From NCBI GenBank assembly GCA_963727525.1, contig CAVSGO010000005.1:640001-704000 (forward strand): 64,000 bases of DNA, read 5' to 3'. The notes beneath the pieces were generated by a model. It searched no databases. It saw only the letters and a program-made list of their open reading frames with translations, and was not told the DNA's origin. Both the position numbers and the translations under genes were made by a program. This document shows positions 30,623 through 41,761 of the stretch, piece by piece (positions within the stretch are counted from its first letter, which is position 1; the number at the start of each line of letters is the position of its first letter). This stretch comes from an uncultured bacterium (GTDB lineage Bacteria > Krumholzibacteriota > Krumholzibacteriia > LZORAL124-64-63).

Positions 30623-31669
30623 TCAGCGGTAGATGGTCTTGATCGCCCCCCAGCTCGTCTTCTCCGTCGGCACCGAGGGGTTGATCGTGATCATGATCGA
30701 ATCGTCATCCGTACGCGCCTCGGCGTCGTGAACCAGTACCGTCACATTCACGGGGCCCACGGGAAGATCGCTGGCCTGGACCTGGATGGACGGACCATTG
30801 CCCAGCGGCGTCCCTCCGTTGTAGGTCCACTCGTAGGTGAAAGGCCCGGTGCCCCCCGTGACCTCGGCCATGAAGTCGATCACCTGGTCGTCTTCGAAGA
30901 CGGTGCCGTCCACCGGCGACGTGATCGTCACATGCATGCCGATCTCACCCTCGATCGTGCTCGAGATGCCCGGCGTATCGGGATTGTTGGAGTGCCACGC
31001 GACGGTGTAGAGGATCTGCCCGTTGGGCTGAAGTCCGTAAGGCGTCTGGCCGGGCGTGGAATCGTCGTAGAGCTCGGAACCCAGGTCGTTGGGCGTATTC
31101 ATCAGCGGATTGGCCGTATCGACCGGGATGGTGGTCAGGCTGAAGGTTCCCTGGAACGAGTCTAGACCGATCTGAGCATTGATCTCGTTGATGCCCCCCT
31201 GATAAGGCTGGTGATCCGTGCCCAGCAGAATCCCGCCACCGCGGACGTCGAGGTTGGTGTAGTAATTCTCGGTGAGATTCTGGCCCTCGCCCGTCCAGCG
31301 GCCGGACCAGTAGGACGAGATCATCCGGGCGTCGCAGATGATTTCATTCGAGGGCCGACCATTGAACCAGTTGGCGATGGCGGCAAAGTCCGTCGGGTAG
31401 TTGTCGGCGCCGGTCGAAAGGTCGAACACCCAGATCTGATCGAACGAGCCCGTCGCCAGAGCGGCCGCCGCCTGCCCGTCGGCCGACACGTTCACGTACG
31501 TTGCCGTGGCCCCTGCATTGATGAGAGTGGTGTAGATATTGGCGGCGTCCGAGTTGTATCCCCCACTGATGTTCACCATCAGCACATTGCTTGCGTGAAC
31601 CGCGTTAGCCGCGAATAGCACCGCAGAGAGAGTGATGAATATTGTTGCAATAGCTGATTTCGCGCGCAT
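30623..31669 (-). CDS. Secreted hypothetical protein with Ig-like C-terminal domain and SWGAIKTIYR tail
   Basis: Signal peptide AVHA; VTITSPVDG..GPFTYEW; AAGGAG RBS; visibly lower GC. Confidence 0.8.
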   Translation of the reverse strand: MRAKSAIATIFITLSAVLFAANAVHASNVLMVNISGGYNSDAANIYTTLINAGATATYVNVSADGQAAAALATGSFDQIWVFDLSTGADNYPTDFAAIANWFNGRPSNEIICDARMISSYWSGRWTGEGQNLTENYYTNLDVRGGGILLGTDHQPYQGGINEINAQIGLDSFQGTFSLTTIPVDTANPLMNTPNDLGSELYDDSTPGQTPYGLQPNGQILYTVAWHSNNPDTPGISSTIEGEIGMHVTITSPVDGTVFEDDQVIDFMAEVTGGTGPFTYEWTYNGGTPLGNGPSIQVQASDLPVGPVNVTVLVHDAEARTDDDSIMITINPSVPTEKTSWGAIKTIYR

Positions 31670-32020
31670 TCGGAATCTCCTTCGTTGTCACAGACAGACT
31701 TTGTGAATTTCCAGGCGATGTGAGATTGCCAGCCAATGTTCGAACCACGGGACACTGCTTCCAAGGTGACCGTCGCCCGTCCGGTCTCCTTTTGCTCCTT
31801 CAAAAGCCAACAAAGGGGTAGGACGACGTTGAGATCCGGGGGAACGAGGCTCCCGTGGCTGCCTACTGTTCCTCGAGAACCCACCGACATGGCCAAGTGC
31901 CCTCAAGACCTCAGGGCCGGGGAATCCTCGACCAGATCTTGAGCTTGCGATGTCTCGGAGTTTAAAACAAGGGTGGATTGGTTGTCAATACGTGCGGCAT
32001 TTACGCGCAACCAGTGAGTT

Positions 32021-33243
32021 GTGCCAAGAAGAATGTTGACGAGGCTTCGCACCGCCATCTCGCCCGCTAGGCCCGACTTTCTCACTACGCGGCGTACGTC
32101 AGCTTGTGCCTCCGGTTCACCTTCAATGGCCGCGTCTCGACCCGTCGCCAGTAGTAGTCATCCCACAACGGCGGCAACTCGATATGCGACACGAACAGCC
32201 GCCGCGACAACACCTCCTCCTCGGTCAGGGGCTTCGTGGCGATCCCGATCTGCATCGCCGGCGTGCTCCAGCACCGCTTCTCCCGACGCAACTTGATCGT
32301 GTTGCGCCACACCAGGAAGATCGCCAGCCGGTAGATCGAATGCTGCCGTCGCTTCCCGAACGCGATCGTCTCCCGCGTGTGGTCTTTCAGACAATGCCGC
32401 AGCAACATGTCCAGCAAGTTGACCTCGAACAACGGGTTGCGACTCGTCCGCGGCTGACGGGAGTCGATCGTCTCGTGGATCACCTTGCAATACCGTAGCT
32501 TCGCGATCGCGTAGGGATAGGTCTTGTGCTTGTCGCTCCAGATGTGGGCCTCGGTGGCGCCGTCGAGCGAGACCGAGAGCACCTCGAGCAGCGCCCGCAT
32601 CAACGACCTGGGGTCCGGCCGGCCATAGTTTTGTTCAAAGAGGGACCGTTTCCATTTCTGCTCGTCGGTCATCGCCCCGCTGCGTCGTCGCTCGGCCTCG
32701 GCGAAGTGGATGATGAAGCTGGAGGGGCGATCGACGGCCGCGACGATCTCGTAGGGGAAATACTGGGAGTGCTCGAAGGTGACGAGCCCGTCGATGGCGA
32801 TGTCCACGAAGGGTGACGCCTGGGACACCAGGTGTCGATGGAAGAGGATGCAGTGTCGGCCGAGGCGGGAGAGGAGGTTGTCGACGGTCGTCGGCGAGGT
32901 GTCGAGGAGCCTGGCGATCTGGCGATTGGCGGCGCCTGAGACGGCGTGCTTGTGGACCTTGGGCAGGAGATCGGCGCGTTTGAGCCAGTATGTGGTGCGG
33001 AAGGTCTGGTCTGAGCAGGTTCTGCCGCAGGCCAGGCAGAGGTAGCGTTGGACGGTGTAGGGCGGGGATTTTCGGGAGAAGGTGCCGAAGAGCGCGAAGG
33101 GCCAGGGTTGCGGCTGAGGCTTGTGGTATTTGCAGTTAGGGTTGGGGCAGTGGGGAGGAAGCGTAGGGCATGAAGTGAGTGTTTTGATGTTCATGAGGAC
33201 GGGTCCAGGCAAGCGCTGGACCCGCCAACATTCTTCGTGGCAC
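32021..33243 (-). mobile_element. Insertion sequence, 1223 bp, with 21-bp imperfect terminal inverted repeats
   Basis: Left gtgccaagaagaatgttgacg (32021-32041) versus reverse complement of right gtgccacgaagaatgttggcg (33223-33243), 19/21 match; single transposase inside. Confidence 0.85.
32085..33194 (-). CDS. IS1-like DDE transposase (zinc ribbon + HTH + catalytic domain)
   Basis: CPNPNC..CLACGRT, NRQIARLL HTH, IAIDG..WSDK..LRH..RETIAF..TPAM. Confidence 0.8.
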   Translation of the reverse strand: MNIKTLTSCPTLPPHCPNPNCKYHKPQPQPWPFALFGTFSRKSPPYTVQRYLCLACGRTCSDQTFRTTYWLKRADLLPKVHKHAVSGAANRQIARLLDTSPTTVDNLLSRLGRHCILFHRHLVSQASPFVDIAIDGLVTFEHSQYFPYEIVAAVDRPSSFIIHFAEAERRRSGAMTDEQKWKRSLFEQNYGRPDPRSLMRALLEVLSVSLDGATEAHIWSDKHKTYPYAIAKLRYCKVIHETIDSRQPRTSRNPLFEVNLLDMLLRHCLKDHTRETIAFGKRRQHSIYRLAIFLVWRNTIKLRREKRCWSTPAMQIGIATKPLTEEEVLSRRLFVSHIELPPLWDDYYWRRVETRPLKVNRRHKLTYAA

Positions 33244-33244
33244 G

Positions 33245-34471
33245 TTAGTCGGGATACCGCGCGCGGATCTCTTGCAGCTCTGCATCGCGATCGAGGAAGA
33301 TCTCCGTGAGCAAGGGATCGAACTGCTGGCCCGCCTGCTTGCGCATATAAGCCACGGCGGTGTCATGATCCCAGGCCTCCTTGTAGACGCGCCTGCTGGT
33401 GAGGGCGTCGTACACGTCGGCCAGTGCCACGATACGCGCTGCCAGGGGAATGGCGTCACCGGCCACGCGATTCGGATAGCCGTTGCCGTCCCAGTACTCG
33501 TGGTGTCCGATGGCCACGGCGACACCCATCTCCAGCATCGCGAAGGCGCCGTGAGTGTCCATGAGGTCCACCAGCACGCGGGCGCCGAGGGAGGAATGCG
33601 TGCGCATGACCACGAATTCATCATCGGTAAGGCGGCCGGGTTTCAGCAGGATGCGGTCGGGAATGCCCACCTTGCCGATGTCGTGCAGGGCCGCGGCGCG
33701 CGTGATCGTCTCCACGAATTCGTCATCCACGGAGACGGGCACGCTCGCGCGGTCGCGCAGGCGCTCGGCAAGTCTGCGCGAGAGCGCGCAGATACGATCC
33801 AGGTGGCCCCCGATGTCGCCGTCGCGCGCCTCCGCAAGGATGGCCATGCCACGGATCACGGCGTCGCGACTCGTGCGAAGCTGCCGCACGAGACGGATGT
33901 TCTCGAGCATGTAGGTCATCTGATCGACGAGCATGCCGCTCAGGTCGATATCGCCCGGCGCGAAGCTTTCCGGCTCCCGGTTGCCGAACACGAATACGCC
34001 CACCGGCCCCTGCGCCGCGATGATCGGAAACACGAGCAAGCTGCGCAGGGACGAATCCAGGGCCACGGCTTCGTGCGCCGACGCCGTGTCGGGCACGTGG
34101 ACCAGATACTCCTCGACGAAGGCCTGGACGGTGCAGCGGCCCACGTCGTCGAGCGAGATCGATCGCGTCCCGTCGCCCGGCTCGTAACCGGCGACGCCCC
34201 GCAACTCGAGATGTTGGGAGTCTTGCGCCACGAGATAGAGCGCGCAGGCGTCGCAACCGAGCACGCGCCACATGCCCTTGACCATCTCCTCGAAGGCCGG
34301 CGCATGGTCGGTCATCACCACGAGCCGCGTGCTCAGCGAGCTGAGGGCACGCAGCCGCTGGGAGAAGCGGACGAGGTCCGACGCGCCGTCCGGCCGCACG
34401 ACCGTGTCGAAGCGGGTCGGATCGTCGCCGGCCATGCCGACGGGACGCTGGCTGGGAAGCAGGACGTCCAA
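33245..34471 (-). CDS. GAF + HD-GYP cyclic-dinucleotide phosphodiesterase
   Basis: LHDIGKVGIPD, HHEYWDGNGYP, ADVYDAL; N-terminal GAF; start TTG 34471 (GGAGGA) or ATG 34435. Confidence 0.9.
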   Translation of the reverse strand: MDVLLPSQRPVGMAGDDPTRFDTVVRPDGASDLVRFSQRLRALSSLSTRLVVMTDHAPAFEEMVKGMWRVLGCDACALYLVAQDSQHLELRGVAGYEPGDGTRSISLDDVGRCTVQAFVEEYLVHVPDTASAHEAVALDSSLRSLLVFPIIAAQGPVGVFVFGNREPESFAPGDIDLSGMLVDQMTYMLENIRLVRQLRTSRDAVIRGMAILAEARDGDIGGHLDRICALSRRLAERLRDRASVPVSVDDEFVETITRAAALHDIGKVGIPDRILLKPGRLTDDEFVVMRTHSSLGARVLVDLMDTHGAFAMLEMGVAVAIGHHEYWDGNGYPNRVAGDAIPLAARIVALADVYDALTSRRVYKEAWDHDTAVAYMRKQAGQQFDPLLTEIFLDRDAELQEIRARYPD

Positions 34472-34590
34472 GAGCACTCCTCCGTGACGGATCCACTGGC
34501 CTGGGCACGACGAAGGCCCAGGACGGGGGGTCCTGGGCCTAGCATCGACCGATCGGCAGAGAACTGTAGAAACCCTTCGGGACAATGGGG

Positions 34591-35691
34591 CTAGCGCAGG
34601 CGCGCGATCTCCTCCAGAAGCACCTTTTCCAGGTCCTCCTTCTCGATATTGCGGTGCAGCTCGCCGTCGCGGTAGATCGCCACCTTCGACTTGCCGGCGG
34701 CGATTCCCAGATCGGCGGACTTGGCCTCCCCCGGCCCGTTGACGATGCAGCCCATGACCGAGATGATCTTGTCGGCCGGCAGGTCCTTGGCCAGCTCCTC
34801 CACCCTGGCCGCCAGGCTCATCACGTCCACCTCCACCCGGCCGCAGGTGGGGCAGGCCACCACTCGGGCGTAGCCCTCGCGCAGGCCGAGGGCCTGCAGC
34901 ATGTGGAAGGCCGCGTTCACTTCCTCCACGGGGTCGTCGGCGAGGCTGATGCGCACCGTGTCGCCGATGCCTTCGCTCAGCAGCACCGACATGGCGGCCA
35001 CCGAGCGCGCGGTGCCCGCCAGCAGCGTGCCCGCCTCGGTCACGCCGAGGTGCTGCGGCACGTCGCATACCTCGTCGAAACGCCGGCAGGCCTCGACCAT
35101 CTCCCACGGTTCGCTGCTCTTGAGGCTGACCACGACATCATCGAAGCCCACCGCCGCGAGCACCTCCAGCTCGTCGAGCGCGCACTGAACCAGGGCGCCG
35201 GCCGGATCGATCATGCGCAGATCGCGGTAGCGCCTGTGCAGGCTGCCGCGATTCACGCCGACGCGGATGGGCATGCCCTGGTCCTTTGCCGCGCGCGCGA
35301 CCTCCTTCACGTGGTCCAGCGAGCCGATGTTGCCCGGATTGATGCGCAGCTTGGCCACGCCCGCCGCCGCAGCGGCCAGGGCCATCTTGTGGTCGAAATG
35401 GATGTCGGCCACGATGGGCACGTTCGCCTCGGCCACGATGCGCGGCAAGGCGGCGGCGGCCGCGTCGTCGTTCACGGTGACGCGCACGATGTCGCCGCCG
35501 GCCGTGGCCAGCTCGCGGATCTGCTGCAGGGTGGCCTCGGCGTCGCCGGTTTCGTGGTGAGTCATCGACTGCACGCGCACGGGCGCGTCGCCGCCTATGG
35601 TCAGGCTGCCGACCTGCACGGCGCGCGTCTGGCGACGCGGCGCGCAGGTGGGGCGACGGGTTCCGGTCTCGCGCGGGGTGATCTCGCTCAT
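34591..35691 (-). CDS. ispG: (E)-4-hydroxy-3-methylbut-2-enyl-diphosphate synthase
   Basis: VQSMT, ADIHF, RINPGN, HLGVTEAG, CPTCGR, VMGCIVNGPGE; own GGAGG RBS; ATG overlaps the selB stop. Confidence 0.95.
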   Translation of the reverse strand: MSEITPRETGTRRPTCAPRRQTRAVQVGSLTIGGDAPVRVQSMTHHETGDAEATLQQIRELATAGGDIVRVTVNDDAAAAALPRIVAEANVPIVADIHFDHKMALAAAAAGVAKLRINPGNIGSLDHVKEVARAAKDQGMPIRVGVNRGSLHRRYRDLRMIDPAGALVQCALDELEVLAAVGFDDVVVSLKSSEPWEMVEACRRFDEVCDVPQHLGVTEAGTLLAGTARSVAAMSVLLSEGIGDTVRISLADDPVEEVNAAFHMLQALGLREGYARVVACPTCGRVEVDVMSLAARVEELAKDLPADKIISVMGCIVNGPGEAKSADLGIAAGKSKVAIYRDGELHRNIEKEDLEKVLLEEIARLR

Positions 35692-37599
35692 GATGTTCCG
35701 TTGTCCTCCAGCAAGGGTCCGGGCCGCCGGAGGTCGCCGTCGCGTACCGTGTATCCAGCCTGGTCCAGGAACTCCAGCATGGGTATGCCCAGCTTGCGGG
35801 TGAGGCCGCTCGCCTCGCGGAAAGTCGCGAAGTTCAGCCCGCCGTCCGCCGCGAAGATGCGCCGCACCGCGGCCACGATCTCGGCCAGCGCACGGTATGC
35901 ACATAGTAGTCGTGTTACCGCGATCTGGACGGCACGGCCATGGTCCGCGAGCCAGCGGAGGATCTCCTCGTCCTTCTGATCCGCGGGCCGGACGCCCCCC
36001 CCGCGGCCGCCTCGGTGAAGGCAGCCAGACCCGGCCATTGCGGCCCGTACCCGCGCAGAATCGCCTCCCGCGCTTCGACCGCGGCTGCCAGGGCCGGCGC
36101 AAGCGGCGGCCCCTCCGGCCCGAGGGCGAGCCGATCACCCACGAGGGCCCAGCTGGCCAGCGGGGCCATCGCCTGGCAGAGGGCGGTCCACTCGGGCGCG
36201 GCGCCGCCGAACTGGCGCGCCGGCGCGCCTCCTCGCGGGGCAACCCCAGGCGCATCGGGAAGCGTCGGGCATAGTCCTGCACGTACCGGTCGATCGTGTC
36301 TGCCAGCTCCTGCAACCGTGCTTTCGCGTAAATGCGCTTGCCCACGCGCACAGCCGTCTCGTCGTCGGCGAACTCGCCGGCGTCGTCCTGGGCGAGGCCG
36401 GCCAGCCCCACCGCCTGGAGCTGCTGCCGGAAGATATCGCGCGGATCGCCTACCTCCAGGATGTCGAGGCGCTCGAGCGCGTCATCGTCGAAGCGGCGGT
36501 GCCGGCGCGGATTCACGTCGACGACGGTCCACCGGCGATCGACGTCACCGGGGAGTAGAAGCGCAGCACCAGGCGGTCGTCCGCGCTTCGCCACGATCGC
36601 ATCCTCGAGATGGAGCTGGCACAGGCCGCTGCGCGGTCCCTGCTCGCCGCCCAGCTCCTCGTGATCCAGTAGCACGATGCGCCCGAGCACCTCGCGGCCG
36701 GCATGGTGCACGTGCAGGCGCTGACGGTTCTTGATGCTGCCGCGGTAGTGCGCGAACAGGTTGACGCGCAGGTCGATCCGCCGCGTCACCACAGCGCTGC
36801 CCGGCACGAGCACCTGGTAGCCGCGCTGCAGTTCCTCCTTCTTCACGCCGTGCAGTGCCAGCGCCAGCCGCTGGCCGGCGCGGCCGACCTCGGCGTGCCG
36901 GCCATGCACCTGGACCTCGCGGATCCGCACCTTCGCACCCGTCGGTTCCACCACGAGCTGGTCGCCGGTGCGCACCTCGCCGCTCCACGCCGTGCCGGTG
37001 ACGATGGCTCCGGCCCCAGGCATCGAGAAGACACGGTCCAGCGGCAGGCGAAACGCCTCGTCCGCGCCGCGAGGCGCGAGGGCCTCGGCCTCGGCACGCA
37101 GAGCCGCCTTAAGGTCTTCCAGGCCGATCCGTTTGTGCGCCGACACCGGTACGACGGGCCGTCCCTCCAGGAACGTGCCCGCCACGAGGTCGCGCGCCTC
37201 CTCCATGGCCAGCTCGCGCATCTCCTCGTCGACCAGGTCGATCTTGGCGATCACGACTACGCCCCCGCGCACGCCGAGGGTGTCGAGGATCTCCAGGTGC
37301 TCGATCGTCTGGGGCATCACGCCCTCGTCGGCCGCCACCAGCAGGAACGCGAGGTCGACGCCGCCCGCGCCCGCGACCATCTGCTTCACGAAGCGTTCGT
37401 GACCGGGCATGTCCACCACGCCCAGCATGATGCCGTCGCCGAGATCGAGCTCGGCGAAGCCCAGCTCTATGCAGATGCCGCGTTCCTGCTCTTCCTTGAG
37501 GCGATCGGTGTTGGTGCCGGTGAGCGCGGTGATGAGCGCGGTCTTGCCGTGGTCGACATGACCGGCCGCACCCAGGATGAAGTGGCGGATGGGATCCAT
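35688..37599 (-). CDS. selB: Selenocysteine-specific elongation factor, carrying several single-base indels (sequencing errors or pseudogene)
   Basis: GHVDHGKT, DMPGHE, DRVFS..GAIVTGT; the C-terminal winged helix (GLTRKLGIPMLEFLD..TVRDGDLR) lies in another frame ending at TGA 35688. Confidence 0.85.
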
Positions 37600-37611
37600 C
37601 GGACTCCTCGC

Positions 37612-38868
37612 TCAGGTCGACTCGCGCCGGATACGGGCCCCCAGCGCGGCAAGCTTGGCCTCGATGCGTTCGTAGCCGCGATCGATGTGGTACACACGAT
37701 TGACCTGGGTCTCCCCCTCGGACGCCACGCCGGCGAGCACCAGCGCGGCGCTGGCACGCAGGTCGGTGGCCATCACCGGCGCGCCCTGCAGGGACGCCAC
37801 ACCGAAGACCGTGGCCGTGGCGCCGCTCAGCCGGATATCGGCCCCGAGGCGGCGCAGCTCCGCGACGTGCGTGAATCGGTCGGTGTAGATCGTCTCCGTA
37901 ACGAAGCTCACGCCTTCGGCCAGCGACGCCACCGCCATGATCTGCGCCTGCATGTCGGTGGCGAATCCCGGATAGGGGCCCGTCTGCACCTCCACCGGTC
38001 GCAGGGGTCCGTCACGCTCGATCGTCACCTCGTCGTCCGCCACCGCGATGCCACACCCCATGTCACGCAGCACCTCGATGACGGCACCGAGATGGGAGGG
38101 ATCGCAGCCTCGCAGCCGCGCGCGCCCGCCCGCCAGGGCGACTGCGGTCAGGAACGTACCCGCCTCGATGCGATCGGCGATCACCCGGTGGCGTAGCGGC
38201 GCCAGCTCCGGAACACCGGTGACCACGAGCGTGCGCGTGCCCAGGCCCTCGATGCACGCGCCGGCCTGCAGCAGGGCCGCGCCGAGCTGGGTGACCTCGG
38301 GCTCGAGCGCGCAGTTGTCCAGCTCGGTGACACCGTCGGCGAGTACGGCGGCCATGAGCACGTTGCACGTGGCGCCCACCGACACGGGCTCGAATCGGAA
38401 GCGACCGCCGCGCAGTCGACCCCGGCTTCGCGCGTGGACATACCCGGCCTCCAGATCCAGCTCGGCTCCCAGCGCCGCCATGCCGTCACCGTGCAGATTC
38501 ACCGGGCGCGGGCCCCAGGCGCAGCCGCCAGGCAGGGACACGCGTGCTTCACCTCGCGCCGCGAGGAGAGGTCCGAGCACGTAGATGCTCGCGCGCATCT
38601 TGCGCACGATGTCGTACGGGGCCTCCGTGGCCAGCGGACCGCTCGTATCGATGCGCAGGAAGTCGTCCCGCCGCTCGCAGCGCGCACCGAGGTGCTCGAG
38701 GAGTTGCATGAACGACACGACGTCCCGCAGATCGGGAACGTTCGCGATCTCGCTCACGCCGCGGGCGAGCAGGGCCGCAGCCATGAGCGGCAACACGGCG
38801 TTCTTGGCGCCGGCAATGGGCACGTCGCCCTCGAGCCGCGTGGGGCCTTCGATCACGAAACGGTCCAT
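37612..38868 (-). CDS. murA: UDP-N-acetylglucosamine 1-carboxyvinyltransferase
   Basis: GAKNAVLP, LPGGCAWGPRP, PYPGFATDMQ, DLRASA, HIDRGYE. Confidence 0.97.
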   Translation of the reverse strand: MDRFVIEGPTRLEGDVPIAGAKNAVLPLMAAALLARGVSEIANVPDLRDVVSFMQLLEHLGARCERRDDFLRIDTSGPLATEAPYDIVRKMRASIYVLGPLLAARGEARVSLPGGCAWGPRPVNLHGDGMAALGAELDLEAGYVHARSRGRLRGGRFRFEPVSVGATCNVLMAAVLADGVTELDNCALEPEVTQLGAALLQAGACIEGLGTRTLVVTGVPELAPLRHRVIADRIEAGTFLTAVALAGGRARLRGCDPSHLGAVIEVLRDMGCGIAVADDEVTIERDGPLRPVEVQTGPYPGFATDMQAQIMAVASLAEGVSFVTETIYTDRFTHVAELRRLGADIRLSGATATVFGVASLQGAPVMATDLRASAALVLAGVASEGETQVNRVYHIDRGYERIEAKLAALGARIRREST

Positions 38869-39015
38869 CACCGCCCTTTCCTCCGAGTGGGGATCGTCGT
38901 GGCCGGGAGATCATGATGGCATCGAATGGCGGCGGGGTCAAACGAGGGGCGCCGGAGGTGTGGGAGATGCTGGGCGGGGAGGCGCGGAGCCACCCCGCCC
39001 AGCCGGTCGGCGGGA

Positions 39016-39675
39016 TCACTTCACGCGCGTGTAGTGCATCTCCATCCACTTCACCTCGTCGCCGGTCGGCCCCGGGCCGTACATCTCGAAGACGTGCTCG
39101 TCGTCGCTGATGAACCGCGACACCATACGAGCTTTCATCGTCATCTTCGTGGCCGCGTCGACGAAGTCGCCAGTGCAGACGAGTTCCTTCTTCTGAGCGT
39201 CGTAGTCGCCCTCATAATTCATCAGGCCGGTGCCCATGGAGTCGCACCAGTTGCCCACGTACTTGCCTGTCACGTTGTCGTACCCGAGCAAGCCCATGCC
39301 CTCGAAAGGCCCCATCATGCCCTCGCCCTTGGTGTTCGACTGAAGGAAACGCCCGCCGAGAATCATCTTCGCCGTTTCGGAACCCTCGGAGACCACGGGC
39401 TCGCCCGACGGGTCCATCCACGACTTCATGGTGACCTTCCATGAGCCGGCGCTCTTGGCGAGCATCGCATGCTCGGATCCTGGCTTTGCGGCTTCCATGT
39501 AGACCTTCATCATATCAGCTTCGTTCCCACCTGCACCCGGATGCTCTGCTCCGGCGCCGGGATGCTCTTTGCTGGCACTCGGATGCTCGTCGGCCAAGAC
39601 AGAGCCGGCACCGAGCAGCACGACGAGCGCGACGAGGCTCATGGCGAGCCCCCAGTGCGGACGACGGTGATGCAT
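39016..39675 (-). CDS. DUF1579 family secreted protein
   Basis: Signal peptide; PGSEH..GSW..LGGRFL..GYDN..WCDSMGT. Confidence 0.8.
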   Translation of the reverse strand: MHHRRPHWGLAMSLVALVVLLGAGSVLADEHPSASKEHPGAGAEHPGAGGNEADMMKVYMEAAKPGSEHAMLAKSAGSWKVTMKSWMDPSGEPVVSEGSETAKMILGGRFLQSNTKGEGMMGPFEGMGLLGYDNVTGKYVGNWCDSMGTGLMNYEGDYDAQKKELVCTGDFVDAATKMTMKARMVSRFISDDEHVFEMYGPGPTGDEVKWMEMHYTRVK

Positions 39676-39782
39676 GATCGCTCCTGATCGCTGAGGTTCC
39701 AGGGGCCGGATATTCCGGCCACCCACGAAAACAAGACGAACATCCTACTCTATTTCGGCGCCGGTGCCAAGCGAAAACGATC

Positions 39783-40682
39783 TCACCCCGGAGACGGCGA
39801 CCCGGCCAGACGACCGACCACGACGCGGTTCAAATCGTTGTAATCATGGAATATAGAAACATTTTCCAGATGCGACGCCTCGAGGATCGATGGCACCGCC
39901 TCGCCCTGGTCGGCGCCGATCTCAAGGGCCATCTGCCCCCCGGGACGCAGCCAGCGCGCGGCCGCGCCGGCCAGCGCGTGGTAGAAGTCGAGTCCGTCGG
40001 GGCCGCCGTCCAGGGCTTCGCGTGGATCGCGCTGCACCTCCGCGGGCAGCGCCACGAGTTCGTCCCGACGCACGTAGGGAGGATTGCTCACGATCAGGTC
40101 GACGGAACCGCGCAGGTGGTCCGGCAGGGGATCGAAACGGCTCCCGCTCAGGACATGCACCCGCCCATCCACGCCGTGCCGGTGGGCGTTGGTCCGCGTC
40201 AGCTCCACGGCGCGCGGATTGATGTCGGTGGCCCACACCTCGAGACGCGGCACCTCCGCCGCCAGGCTCACGGCGATGACACCGCTGCCGCAACCGATCT
40301 CCACCGCCACCGGCGCCAGAAGGCGATGGTCCGGCGGGTTGAGGAGAGCGAGCGCGTGCTCCACCAGCCGCTCGGTCTCCGGTCGCGGCACGAAGACGCC
40401 CGATTCTACCTTGAAATCACGCCCATAGAAGCCCCAGGTACCCAGGATGTGCTGCAGCGGCTCGCCGCCGGCGCGCCGGCGCACCACGTCGCGGTAGCGG
40501 TCGAGCTCGTCGATTGTGAGGGGACGGTCGTGTTGCAGATAGAGTTCGAGGCGAGAGATGCCGAGGACATCGCCGAGCAGCCGTTCGGCGTTCAGACGTG
40601 CCGACTCCACGTCCTTGCGGACCAGGTAGTCGGCCGTGACCTGGATCAGCTCACGCACGGTCTTGACGGGGGCGGGTACCAC
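39783..40682 (-). CDS. prmC: Release factor glutamine methyltransferase
   Basis: PRPETE, GCGSG, SNPPY; downstream of prfA. Confidence 0.95.
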   Translation of the reverse strand: MVPAPVKTVRELIQVTADYLVRKDVESARLNAERLLGDVLGISRLELYLQHDRPLTIDELDRYRDVVRRRAGGEPLQHILGTWGFYGRDFKVESGVFVPRPETERLVEHALALLNPPDHRLLAPVAVEIGCGSGVIAVSLAAEVPRLEVWATDINPRAVELTRTNAHRHGVDGRVHVLSGSRFDPLPDHLRGSVDLIVSNPPYVRRDELVALPAEVQRDPREALDGGPDGLDFYHALAGAAARWLRPGGQMALEIGADQGEAVPSILEASHLENVSIFHDYNDLNRVVVGRLAGSPSPG

Positions 40683-40684
40683 GC

Positions 40685-41757
<1,073 letters not shown>

Positions 41758-41761
<4 letters not shown>

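Noticed and set aside
34591-37599. 1002-aa SelB-IspG fusion ORF
   Set aside because: The linking segment is out-of-frame text. The true SelB C-terminus is in other frames and stops at 35688, and ispG has its own RBS and ATG. Indels create the fusion.
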